Source of the DNA: Balanoglossus misakiensis
Taxonomy: Eukaryota > Animalia > Hemichordata
DNA length: 64,000 nucleotides
Assembly (NCBI GenBank): GCA_040954595.2
Contig: CM082582.2
Span: 13,180,327-13,244,326, forward strand
Direction: 5' to 3'
Positions within the stretch are counted from its first letter, which is position 1. Every line of letters begins with the position of its first letter. Below the pieces are notes generated by a model. The model saw only the letters and a program-made list of their open reading frames with translations, searched no databases and was not told the DNA's origin. A program made the translations under genes and the position numbers. Below, piece after piece: positions 27,203 to 39,303 of the stretch.

Positions 27203-27283
27203 TTAACCCTTTGACCCCTGACCCCCCTGGTGACCTTTGATGTCATTTGGCAGATTTCTTTGGAACGGGGCTCAAAGGGTTAA
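27203..27283. mobile_element. piggyBac-like miniature element (73 bp) flanked by TTAA
   Basis: TTAA|CCCTTTGACCCC ... GGGGCTCAAAGGG|TTAA: TTAA duplication at 27203-27206 and 27280-27283, inverted termini starting CCCT as in piggyBac elements. Confidence 0.6.
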
Positions 27284-28149
27284 CAAGTGTGACTTTTTAA
27301 AGTAATCAAGTGCCTGTGATCTCTAAGGGTGTCTGGCCAGCCTTTATCCATCATTTGTCTGATCTGTGTCACGGAATGAAAGGGGAAGATTTTATTCAAA
27401 CAAATAATATTACTTGGTACACACTCAAATCTTTGACAACAGATGGAATATTTCATGGTGTCAATCACATTGCAGCGAATTTACTTTCGCCACATTTATA
27501 TCAAGTGTGACCTATTTTCATAACGGCATACAAATTTTTGTCAAATTTGCCATAAAGTCAAACAATTGCTCACAAGAGCTTATGTGCAACTTTCAGAGAC
27601 AGAATCAGATTCATCGTACCAGCTTGTAGTTGAATACACTGCAGGGCATGTCAACCAAACTACTATAAATGTACTGACTCTCTGAGTGTAACCACACACT
27701 CACAATAGTTGTAACGCAGCATAAAAATAGATGACCAGACAAAGAATTCAATAGTCTAAGTCATAATTCATCTTGTAAATTCTTTCTGTCAAGAACTAGG
27801 CATACTTGTAAATACTCCTCTTTGTCCTTGTTATCATGAAATATTTTCTTTGTTGAACTTGCCTGCTTTGATCAGTGTTGAACCAAATCACCAGACAATG
27901 GTGTAATCTTCATAGTTGACACCATTCCGTAGATTTCAAAGGTCAAAAGGACATTGTGGAAATAATTTTGAAGTTGCAATAGCTGGGTGCAAATTTGTGA
28001 CACGTTGTGAGGATGTTGGCTGGTTGTGCCCTGAGAGGTACAAGCACTTGAACAACTTTTATAGTACAGTACTGATTGCAAAGTTTATCTGTAGTTGACC
28101 TACAGTTGACCTTGTCATTCCATGAGTTGGAAAGGGGGACAGTGGATTG

Positions 28150-28327
28150 GGCCAGAGTAAGTAAATTCTATGTTTTGCGTCCACTAAGTCATGGCTTGTT
28201 TTTGTTACATAATTAATATTGTCTATGAGCAAAATTCCCCAAGAAAACTTTGTGAGTGTTTTTCTCGAAAACCTCTGAGAACCTATGTATGCATGGACGC
28301 AAAACAAAGAATTTACTTACTTTGGCC
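28150..28327. mobile_element. MITE, 178 bp, 34-bp terminal inverted repeats, 3-bp flanking duplication (PIF/Harbinger-like)
   Basis: GGCCAGAGTAAGTAAATTCTATGTTTTGCGTCCA (28150-28183) versus the reverse complement of 28294-28327, 32 of 34 identical; TTG on both outer flanks. Confidence 0.75.
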
Positions 28328-29395
28328 TTGCTTTTATCAGAGAGAGAAAGAGGTCAGCCAAGTTGATTGCAGTGCATCACTGTGGTAGAGTATCAGTTGT
28401 CTTTATCAGAGGCAGAAGCAGAGAGATGATGATATTGGTATGCTTTGTAGCCTTGCATGCAAAGACTGACAATGATATTGGCATGTTCTGTCACTGGTAT
28501 GTCCACACTCAGAAAAGATAAAAATAAATAACCTCAGCAAGGCCTGATACATTCCACAGCATTAATCATGACTGCATGTAACTAACTATGGTTGTGTCAA
28601 TGCTTTGAATGTCTTGTGGTTGCAACATCATCATGCATAGGACAGTTATTTGCGTTTACCCATACAGGGTTCACTGAGACAGATGTTTAGTTATCACAGA
28701 GATAAAAAGACTGGGATTTTTTCTATTCATGTCAGTTACAACTGAGGATAATGATGCTATTGACATGAAGTAAAATATGATTGGAAAGTATAAACTACAT
28801 GTATTGTATTTGATGGGTTAGATAAGATAGCACTGTTTGCCTCGAGAAGATTTCATAAACCACTCTGATGCAATCTCATCCATCTTGACTTCAAAGTTTG
28901 TTTCATGGAGAGTTCTGTCACATTTACAAGACTCCATGGTGAGACTGATAGCGGTATTTGCGTCTTGCGAATATCATATTTGTGGGTAACTGTTTTAAGT
29001 AAAACCACAGTCCCTCCAAGGGCCCGTGGTTTGTGACTGCATGCTCACTAGCACACAAAAAGAATTTACATTCTCGTCAATAGGTGGCAGTATTTACCAT
29101 CGTGGTACTGGTAGTTTTGAATCAAAATACAACAGCTTAAAATTTCTAATACAAGAAAAAAACATAGCATAACAAACCGTGGTTTCCAAACTGCAATAGT
29201 TTGTAGTAATTTCGCCATCTTTCCTCCGATATTTGTGAATTGCTTGATTTGTTTTGATAGACATGTGGTATGTTCTTTCATCATATCGTACATTAAACAT
29301 GTTTGACTTGCATGCCCAGTTTGTGTATTTTTACAACCCTAACTCCGACATGAGTGCTTACCTGTAAATTTGCGTCTTGTAAGTTGTAGTTTGGT

Positions 29396-29497
29396 GACTT
29401 CAAGATTCGTCTGTCGTCTGTTCATGTGCCCATGTCCATGTCCAGCTGGCAGCTCCCGAGCAACAGAGAGCGCCCCCAGGCGACGAATCTTGAAGTC
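29396..29497. repeat. Perfect 16-bp inverted repeat with 70-nt spacer (probable small MITE)
   Basis: GACTTCAAGATTCGTC (29396-29411) and GACGAATCTTGAAGTC (29482-29497). Confidence 0.7.
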
Positions 29498-30253
29498 TTC
29501 ACACGAGCCTCGTTATAGTAGATTGGCATCCAAGTTTTCACCAACTTATTCATTCGCTGTAGTCGACCATGTGACAGATCTTAGTTATAAAACATATATC
29601 GCAGCAGAATGCCGTCTCTTGCAGCTGCTCGGTGACAGAATTCTCCCAACAACAGGACATATATTTTGCATTTGATGATGTGATATAAAAGTACCTGCTT
29701 TGTAAACCACTGCTTGATTTCTTACAGAAAACATTATTGTAAGCTACCTCAGAGAGCTGTGATATTATATTTGTGATTGCATTCCATCTGTCGGCTGTTA
29801 TTTTCTTGTGGAATTCTATTGTTTTGGTCTTGTTATCGTGAAATGGCCAGGGAGTTTTTCTCAGGCAGTGATTTTAGTTGAAAGCTTTTGCAGGGAATTC
29901 AGTGTAACACAGGGAAAATTCTTCATTTTCATCAAACAATGACTCATCTGCTACCTCTGATCTTGTCAATTTTATTCTCTTTCTTCTTTAAGAAAACAAC
30001 AACACATTGTTGCCTGTTTTTGTCATGCTGTGCATGCCATCGTTGGAATGTTTGCAGAGAGTTCTTGGTATAAAAATTACCATAGTTTCTCCACATTTTC
30101 TCCGTCTCTCGTGTTGTGATTTCATCCCCTGACAGTCCCCTGATAAAGTACAGTCCTACTGAATTTGCACTCTCTAACTCCTCTTAGAACAAACATCAAG
30201 CAAACAAAGTAAAATGTTGGTGTATTCGATGTGCATGTTACTCATCTAGAGAA

Positions 30254-33200
30254 TTATCTTGTAAACTCGGGAAAGACTAGTCCTGTTTTGATTGTCAGCT
30301 GCAGAGATCCGTCACTGATTTCAAATGCTGGGCACAATTTTTTCTCCCTTGAAGAGATTTCAAATGAGTATAGAAGAACCTTTTTGTTACAGTCATAAAA
30401 GTTCAGTTTGCGTTTCTGGAAATCCAGCAAGACGCCGATGTTTAGACCTGCCGGGAAGTGAGATCGCGGACAGCTATCGAAGACGGACGCCGAATCGATG
30501 ACAATCTGTCTATTTTTGTGAGCCACGTACCAGTTGCCGATATTGGAAGGGACCCGGATTGCCCAACTGGAAGAATCGTTCCCTAAACTCATACTTCGGT
30601 CACAGTTTTGCTTGGCCACTCCAACTGCGAAATCTCCGCGATAGGCCAGGGAAGCTTCCACAACTTTGTCAGAAATTCCAGTGGAGACCTCCCAGTAGTA
30701 CGCGTCCCCAGAAAGTGTGACGTCGGCCAAGACAGCCAGCGAGCGTCCATGAAATCGCCCCGAGTCCGGTTTGCTGCTTTCTTCCATCACCCAGAATCCA
30801 CGAGGTCTTGGTTGGAAGCTGGCAGATTTGCCGCCGTTTGTGATGACGAGGTCTTCGTGAGCTGTCTGTGGATCCAGCTTAAAAGTCACAACTGGAAAAG
30901 AAACAGAATGAGTAGCTTATACGTCTTATATTAAAGGGATACGATGTCCTAGAATTTGGGTAGTCTGGCGACTCTTTCTGAAAGCATTTGACCAATTACC
31001 TTTTGGTGGTGTCCTCAGTGACAAGACATTACTCCACCCTGACGAACCAGCCTTGTTTCGAAGTCGTGCTTTGGCGAAGTATTCCGAGTCGAATTGGAGA
31101 TTGCTTTTCACCAGTTGGTACTCGTCAACTTCTTTGTCGTCTCTGCAGTTTTGCTTGTGATAGTCCCATTGCGCTCCGCTCTTGCAGAGACCCACTTCGT
31201 AACTTTCAACGATGCAAGGGGAATGTTTGATGGTCAGGTGAACATTAGTCCTGTCCTCGATACGTCCACCAATTCGTGGCTTCTCTGGAGCTTTGGACGA
31301 GAACACATTTTCCATTATTTGGAAAGAAAAAATATGTCGTATAGTTGTAATCCGTGAAAGGTATCTGGTCAACAACGATGAGGAAGAACACAGAAAGAAA
31401 TCGTTTACCCTTTATTGTGATTAAATCCATTTTCTGTATCGAGAGTTTTTCGTCCTGTAAGTTCAGTATCATGTGACTGAAGTCTTCAGTCGCATTCGGT
31501 TGCAGCGGAGGACACGAAAGTAGCGTGGCCTTTAACCTTCAAAGACCAAAAGGACGAAATATCAATAACAAGACGTAACTCGAGGACTGTTTCTTTAAAT
31601 CACAAATCAAACTAAAGGATTGGCGACATACCTATCATCCAAAGACGCTCCAGTCTGTAAGAATAATATAATACAATAATTATCAATAAATGATACTACT
31701 TGAATAGTGCATCACATCAGAACAACACAAAGCCAAAAATCAGAAATGCAAACAAAATGACGAATTACCAAAAGTAAGGCTGCAGGTTGGTCTTCTTTCA
31801 AGACTTCGCGGGTGTACTCAATCAGACCAGCAGTGCTGTGAAGTTTATCTTGAAAAGAAATGATCTGCTGCTGTAGACACTGTTTCTTTCTGTTTGTTTC
31901 CATGGAAACCCTAGAGTGCATCTCCTCTTCGCGTTGTTTCAATATTTCGAAGATGATCTTAAATTCTTCTGAAATTGTCTGGTCCAAAATTTCCGCGTTG
32001 GTCTTGAAAAAAAAAAATAGTGGAATTGTAGAAAGTCATCAAATGCATGTACATGCACAATAAATACCACTGCACTGCCCAGACACAACACCCACCCTGA
32101 ACATAACGTCATCAACTTCCTAAATTCACGGACAGTTTAACGTGTAATTTATTAAGTCTACAACACACCTTGTCTGCAATTTGTATCGCATCAATAGTGG
32201 GCGGAAGATTTACAACTTTCCAATTATTTATATGGTCTTAGGAGCCAGTCAATGACACTGGCGTTGAGCACTGGCAGTTGGTTACTGACCCAAGTCACTC
32301 GTAACACGTTACCTTACCTGCACGCTTGCTTTCTTTCTCTCCAACACTTTGATAAATTCACTGACATCGGTCGTCTTGGAGACGAGTTCGGATAAGTCGT
32401 GGGTGAGGGTTGCCTGCAGTTGAGAAAGGGGGAACAATGCACTCTAGAATTTGATAGCTGTTTATGGCGAACAATTGATCAGGTTTTCCCAACAAAGGCG
32501 CCTTTCTCATTGTCGGTTTACAAGTGCCCGTCTTGCGTTCGGTACACACTAATATGTATACACCTATACAACACTTGGCTGTTGGTTGGAGAAGTTTTGT
32601 GTCATTTGCTAACACCAAATACTGTGACAATATCGAATTAGCATACAACAAATGAAGAAATGTTTGCAGGCGGAATCTCAAAAGCAAAATAAGGACATTC
32701 AATTTTTTTTTCATCGAAAATTAATCATAAACAACTGTCTGACTATAAGTACCTTCATCTGTTTGTAGGAAGCTTTGAGCTCAGCCACGGGATGACCTTT
32801 GTGGCCACCGAATCTGTCGCACAGATAACACACCGGCGTTTTGCATTTGATGCAGTACATCTTGATGAGTTCATCTTCATGTTCGGGACAGTAGACATCT
32901 TTCTGGTGCCGACTGTGCGTTGCTTTCACTAGTTTATGTTTAGCAAACACGCCCTTGTTTGGGTGATAAGCTCGTAAACACGGTTCACAGTAGGACACGC
33001 CACACTGAGTGCACGTTTTTGCGGCAGCCATGCCTTCCGTCTCGGCGCAAATGTCACAACCAACACCTTTCTCTTTGAACGATCTCCCTTCTTTCCTTTT
33101 GGCCTCCCTGAATCTATCAACGATACTTTCTAGCAGAAAGTTCCTGGGAAGTCCGTCAACGCCTCGTTTATCCAGATCGACTTCAGTCCGACACGAAGGA

Positions 33201-33361
33201 CATCCAATCCTCGAAGACTTTTTATCGGATTCATGACCTTTCTTGGTGATATCCAGAAGACAATTTCGACAGAAACTATGCGCGCACGGTAGCAACCGAG
33301 GATCTGTGTAAATATCCATACAAACAGCGCATGACAGCTCGCCTTCTAAAGAATCCCCCAT
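30254..33361 (-). CDS. TRIM protein A: RING, B-box1, B-box2, coiled coil, FN3, PRY/SPRY (TRIM9/MID-like class I architecture), 7 exons
   Basis: Exons 33361-32753, 32413-32318 (96 nt), 32002-31769 (234 nt), 31654-31632 (23 nt), 31536-31409, 31290-31000, 30891-30254 splice in frame. CAVC...LPCAHSFCRNC...CPSC RING, CDIC...CTQC..SYCEPCL..YHP B-box1, CPEH...MYC..CKTPVCYLC...HKGH B-box2, ARLRNKAGSSGWS FN3, FKLDPQTAHEDL...YYWEV SPRY. Confidence 0.92.
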
Positions 33362-34155
33362 TTTCTGGAGTTATCGCACAAATCCGGATTGCGCCTACTG
33401 ATGTCAAGCTGTCAAAGGGATGCTGGTGTCACACGGCCAACTTCAGAACCAAGAGCAAATCTTGTCAGAACTCCGTTCATCGAGAAACTTCATCGGAAAT
33501 CCAGTCCCGGTGGCACAGTGATTTGACAGACTCCCAACCCGACACCGCACACCGGCAAATAATGCCCCATTATGACCCCAGCCCATTTGTAATCAAATGA
33601 CAGCCTATTGTTACCAGACTCAGTAATCCAATACGTATGCGCTTCAAAGAATAGGGACAGCACAGGGCAGTGGTTTGTGGGCGAGGGGTTGACAATAGTA
33701 AATGTGATCTGATGTTGACAGTCCTGTTAGTACAGAAGGTATTGTGTTCTGTGAGCATGACAATGCATTTGTTTGTGGAATTAACCATTTGTTCTGCCAC
33801 ACCAACGAATCCACAGAAACACTTTAAAGACAAGCACGCGCATATTTTATTGTCTTCACGTAAATTCGTCACTTTCAATCATGTACTCTTTGAACACACA
33901 ATGAATGCTACATATATTGTTTAATATAACGTTGAGGTTCTTAACAGCAAGCGCAGAGACACTTTCACCTGAAAGGTATTCTGTAATTTGGGTTCGGTGA
34001 GAATCAACTTAACGGTTTACCGTTACAATTCGAGAAACATGCACATTACTAATCTCGGTTACCCAGATTCTATTGTCAGACCTGAAAAACGGGCTGCCAT
34101 CTTGGTAACCTCGTTCTAGGGCTGGGTAACAGTTGTCCGAGTCTGTAGCGATTAT

Positions 34156-37100
34156 TCACTGTAGATTTTCAACTTTCTGTAATTTCACATATTCCGGAAC
34201 AGTTTTATTTGTAATTATGGTGAGCTTAGCCCGCGAACTGGTCAGATCAAAGGCGGGACAAAGACAACCCACTTTCCCGTCAAATTGAAGACAGTGGAGC
34301 AATATTTGAAAGTCTCTATCGAAAAACATAACCCGGTTTTCATAAAAGTTGACATAAACCGAAAAATTGTGAACGGGCGATGAAGACAAGGCATGATGAA
34401 CTTTGGCACTCCTGTCGTTGTGATAAGCTTTCAATGTAAGCCCCATGATTTCCAAACACCATGAAGACTGATCAGCTCCTAACTGCGTGTTCCTGTCGCA
34501 GTCACCTCTGGCAACTCCTATAGCATAATTTGTCGCTCCCGAGTTGCTGGCTTCGACTTCCCAGTAGTGTTCGCCTTCAGACAGCGTGACGTCACCTAAA
34601 ACACAAGTTGCTCGCCGGATGAACCTCTTTCCAGGCGATAGTTTCTCTCCAGTCGTCAGATATGGATAAACGTAGTTTTTCTGCCTGGATACCGATTTTC
34701 CGTCATCAGAGAGGACGAGAGCCTCGTGCGCCGTGCTTGGATCCAACTTGAAGTCAATTGCTGGAATGCACAATCATTAACAAATTATGATAAATAATTA
34801 ACTGGTATGCTATTTAGCATTTTAACGTGAGAGATGATAATTAGTGCATTCCTTTCCACAAATCGGTTTGAAACATGTCATCATTAAAACGGTTCCCTTG
34901 CAGTGAAAACAATTTACCTTCGGCGTGGGTTTTCACCTTCACACTTTCGCTGAACGGTGAAGTTCCTGCCGCATTTATCACGCGCGCGGACAGTTTGTAT
35001 TCTGCTTCGAAGTCCAGGTTGCCAAGATGAATGTGGTACTCTTCCGGGGAGCCCTCTGATTGGTCGTCCAACAAACAGCGCATAGTGGTTGTCAGGCTAC
35101 CGTCGCCATAGCCACAGGATACGTCATACCACCTGACGTCACACGGTGGATGCTTCAGGGAAAGGATGATGGTGTTTCTGTCTACAACCCGTGCGCTGGT
35201 TATCTTAGGCGCCTTTGGGACTACCAGGAACAGATAACAGAAGGATGACATTATGATTTGTGTCCTGGAATGTGTGATCCGAGTCAGTGTAGAGTATCAC
35301 TAAGGAAACCAACCATCTAATTTTGGTCCAAACTCATGAACATGCTTTCTAAATGAAAAATATTTCTCATTAATAAAACTCAATCCAATCCAATTCACTT
35401 ACTTTCTATTCGACGGGCTTCCAATCTGCCGACTGCTTCCCGAACTTCACCGAAGTTGAAAACTACATTATCGAAGTTCTTGCAGTTTGCTTCTAACTCC
35501 AGGTTAGGACGTTTCTCAAGGGCTCTTTGTAATCTGCAAAGAGATCCACATGGATATCCAATTACAACACAACATTAAAGTTGCCATCTTTGACAATAAG
35601 AGCGACCGAAAATATGAACCAGAATTAACATACCAGTAAGAGTAAAACTCACCGATCTCGAAGTGATGCCGCCAACTGCGAACGCAAAAGAGTAAAATAC
35701 AAATTACAAGGCGTATGTTACAAGAAAGCATTAAATCGATGGAGAGATTTTCTGAATGCAGGCAAGTGCGACCAAAGACTATAACTAGTTCTCTTACACT
35801 TAGGAAAATGGCTACTTGGTATTCATTGGTTTCTTCCAGAACTCTATTTGTGTATTGCACCAATCCTTCGGTGTTGTTCAACTTGTCCTTACACGAAGTC
35901 ATCTTATCCTGTACATGGCACAGCTTATCTGTCATGTCTTCGGAAACAGTGTCCAACATTTCTCGCTCTTTTCTGGCAATGATCGTCTGAAATTCTTTGC
36001 ATTGGCGGGAAATGGAGTCTCTTATTGTCTTGGCTTCATTCTGTACATAGGGTGGTCAAAACGTCATTTGAGGAAAAAATTAATGATCATATTTTGATTT
36101 TGGTATGATGATTTATAATTTCGTCCGCTTAATTCTCATTGGCACATTGAAATGCCGATTGTTGTGACGTGGCTACAAACATTACACAAATAAAATCTCA
36201 TGGTTCGTGTAAAAACATCACCTGGATTGATTGGCCCGTGTCTTGTAATGACGTCACGAATTTCTCCGTGGCTTCTTTCATATCTACCAGTGCATTCAGA
36301 TCGTCCGTGAGTTTGGCCTGGAATAGACATCCTTAGCTTAATGATATGACAACCAACGGTAACCACAGAAACTCGATTTGCACTTCCAGTGTAGTGTTGC
36401 CCCTTGGCGGTAGTCTGAGAAAATATCATTGTCGGAGATAGCCTAAATTAATTTCGAATCTTACCCGAATATCCATGTATGCATCGCTTGCTTCGATGAC
36501 CTCGTGTTCTTTGTGACCCCCTGACCTTTCACATACGTAACAGACAGGAACATGGCACCGTTGGCAGTAAAGCTTCAGTTTTTCATCACTGTGCACGTGA
36601 CAGTTTACTGGTCTGTATATTAGCGACTGGCGTTGTTCATTGTCGGAGACAGAGATCAAAGTATGCTTGCTGAACACGCCTCTGTTAGGGTGACACGAAC
36701 GTAAGCACTGCTCGCAATACGAGACCTGACATTGTTCACATTTTGTTGTGGCTTGTCTGCCGTCCGCATCGCCACATATATCGCATACCAGGCTTGACTC
36801 TGACGCAGAATTCTGGTTTTGTTCTTTCATGAAACACTCGACTATGCTTTCAAGAAGCACATTTCGCACTAAAGAAGACAGATTCTCCAAAGTCAGATCA
36901 ACTTGTCGTCTGCATGTCGGACATCTGAAACTGGCGTCATCTTTCGGACGGTCCGATTGGCCAAGTTTGCCGGATGCACTCTCGTCAGAATCCCGCGAAT
37001 CGCTGCCAGCAGCGGTACAATTCAGTCGCGGGGACTTGCACAACATATCCCGGAGACATTTCTTGCAGAACGAGTGACCACACGGAAGTAGATGCGGTTC

Positions 37101-37157
37101 TTCGTAGAGATTCAGACATATGACACACTGTAGCTCCTTTTCCATAGCCACGGCCAT
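34156..37157 (-). CDS. TRIM protein B: tandem paralogue with the same RING-B1-B2-CC-FN3-SPRY architecture, 7 exons
   Basis: Exons 37157-36465, 36317-36222 (96 nt), 36040-35798, 35675-35653 (23 nt), 35533-35403, 35220-34918, 34760-34156 splice in frame; same intron phases as TRIM A; FKLDPSTAHEAL...HYWEV SPRY. Confidence 0.92.
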
Positions 37158-37499
37158 ACTTCGTTTAATGGCGGCGACCTACATGTCTGTGTAACAGAGT
37201 ACACGAACGCACTTGTTTGTGTAGACTATGGAGGTATGGGTGAGAGACGGAGTACCCAGCGTCAGCTTTGACCTGATTTATAAATAATTTACCACAGAGC
37301 GGCAATATATGCTCTCTTGAAATGATTACGTATTGGTTTGATATTAACCCAGCGTAAACAGCGCTCTCAACGGTTGAAAGTATATTCTATAAGCTTATAC
37401 GCCCAATAGGGCTGTACTACTGGGAGTAGAATATTTGAAGAGAAGAAATAGTTGGCGTCATCTGTCACAGTGTTGTGTTAGGGGTTGTCCTCGTGGTGA

Positions 37500-37762
37500 C
37501 CTAGATATAATTATACGACGACGCCAGAATCCGGAAGTGCACTGTGACGTCACGTCATCTTACTATTAGCACTGCGTATGCCGCAGCTGCGTTCTCTTGT
37601 ATGGGAGACGTATTATAATGTTATGCTAATTAGACTGTGTCGTGTGGCTGGATGCACGCGACACACGAGGGAACAAAGCGACTGCGTTATATTTTTGTTC
37701 ACTGTGCCAATTGACCATTTTCACACAACCACTTCACACTGTAATATTTGGTGGCGATCTAG
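37500..37762. promoter_or_regulatory. Probable shared promoter between TRIM B (minus) and the ACSL gene (plus), with a putative non-coding first ACSL exon ending at 37762
   Basis: CpG-rich stretch; ETS motif CCGGAAGTG at 37531-37539; CRE TGACGTCA at 37545-37552; strong donor AG|GTAAGT after 37762. Confidence 0.5.
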
Positions 37763-39303
37763 GTAAGTTTACAGTATTCAAAATCGTATGTATCTGCCAA
37801 AATGGCCATCAAAGACACGTCAGACACGCATGAGGAAAAGCATAGAATCACATGTTTTCCAGGAATCTATATCACGGTCAACTTCCCGTTCACTATGGAC
37901 GTTGAGACATGTTTGATGTCGGTTCCAAAGGCTTTATCCTTTTCAGGCGTGAGCGTATTGTTACAAGGAAAGCTACATTCTCGAAATGAACAATCGTGTT
38001 CGAGATCAGGATGAGCAAGACGATTGATGCTAGAGAATGTAGATGTGGCTCTATCGAGGAGAGCAATTTATCTTAGTATGAGCTGGGTTGCATTCTCAAT
38101 GTGTGTCGGGTTCCAGACAATGGAACGGCGGCAACCGTGACCGAGTTCATCAATTCCTCTCGTTGGGTTATGCTTTTGCGGCTAACTGCACGGAAACTTA
38201 AGTTGACATGATTGTGTGTAGGCACCGCGTGTGGTACTGACCTTAAATGCCATTGGGAGAAACGTACTGGTAGTACGTAAACATGAAAACAATGATTGAA
38301 GATGCTGGCATTTCACGATTTTAAATACAATCCATTCCCTACTTCCGATAACCTTTATTTTATGTAGATCGCAGGGTTGAAAAAACCCAGCTATAATGAA
38401 CATGTGTCTATTCATTTACCGTGAAGATAATCTAACATTTCTCTTTTTATTCGAAAATTGCCGATCCATCATTAAGCCTTATACATGTAGTTGTCAACGA
38501 TTGAGTAATCCCCCCTTGGTCTCATTTCGAGCTGCAGTTTTATCATCGTTTATATGAACTCCGCTTCACCTTTCACCGCCGCCGACTCGACTCGGGACGC
38601 ACGCCTCTGGATTATCTCATCGTTCTACGTCTGACGTGTCCCCGTCGAGTCTCACGCTTGATGTATTAATTATATGTGGCAGAGCCTCGACAGTTCAAGC
38701 ACGTAGGCGTCTCTCTATGCTGGCATAAATACACGATTAAGTTGGAAAGCAAAATGACACGATGTCCATGATTGCAAATGGCTCTCATTCATGGAAGTAT
38801 CGTAAAGTCTTCTTGCCATATTTGATTATTTTGTTTGGACGTAATAAACAATCCAATTAACCAGCAAACAGATGTATTGACGTATAATAATATATCAGTA
38901 GTGTATATTTTAACTTTCAATTCCGCATCATTATAGCATGGTGTGATATACGACATTCTTATAACGCGTGACCTGAATATGTGGTGTGCGTCAGGTGACG
39001 TCTGGTATGCAAAAATAGAAGACTTCGGTTACAGATTTTGAAAATCTAGACACGGATTTATCCGTCGGAATTTGATTGTTATTCGAGAAAGAATAAAGGT
39101 ATAGAGACCCGATTGAATGTGAAAAACATGTCGTCGAACACAATGAGATGCGCGATTGTCTAGACTAGAGACATAAATAGAAACCTGCTTGTAATGTGCT
39201 TGTGAATAGCAATTGAGTCTAGTCTGTAGATGTGAATAACTTTCTAGCCATCTGCCAATCATTATCATATCTTCAGATCAACAGGGTCATCACAAGATCC
39301 AAT

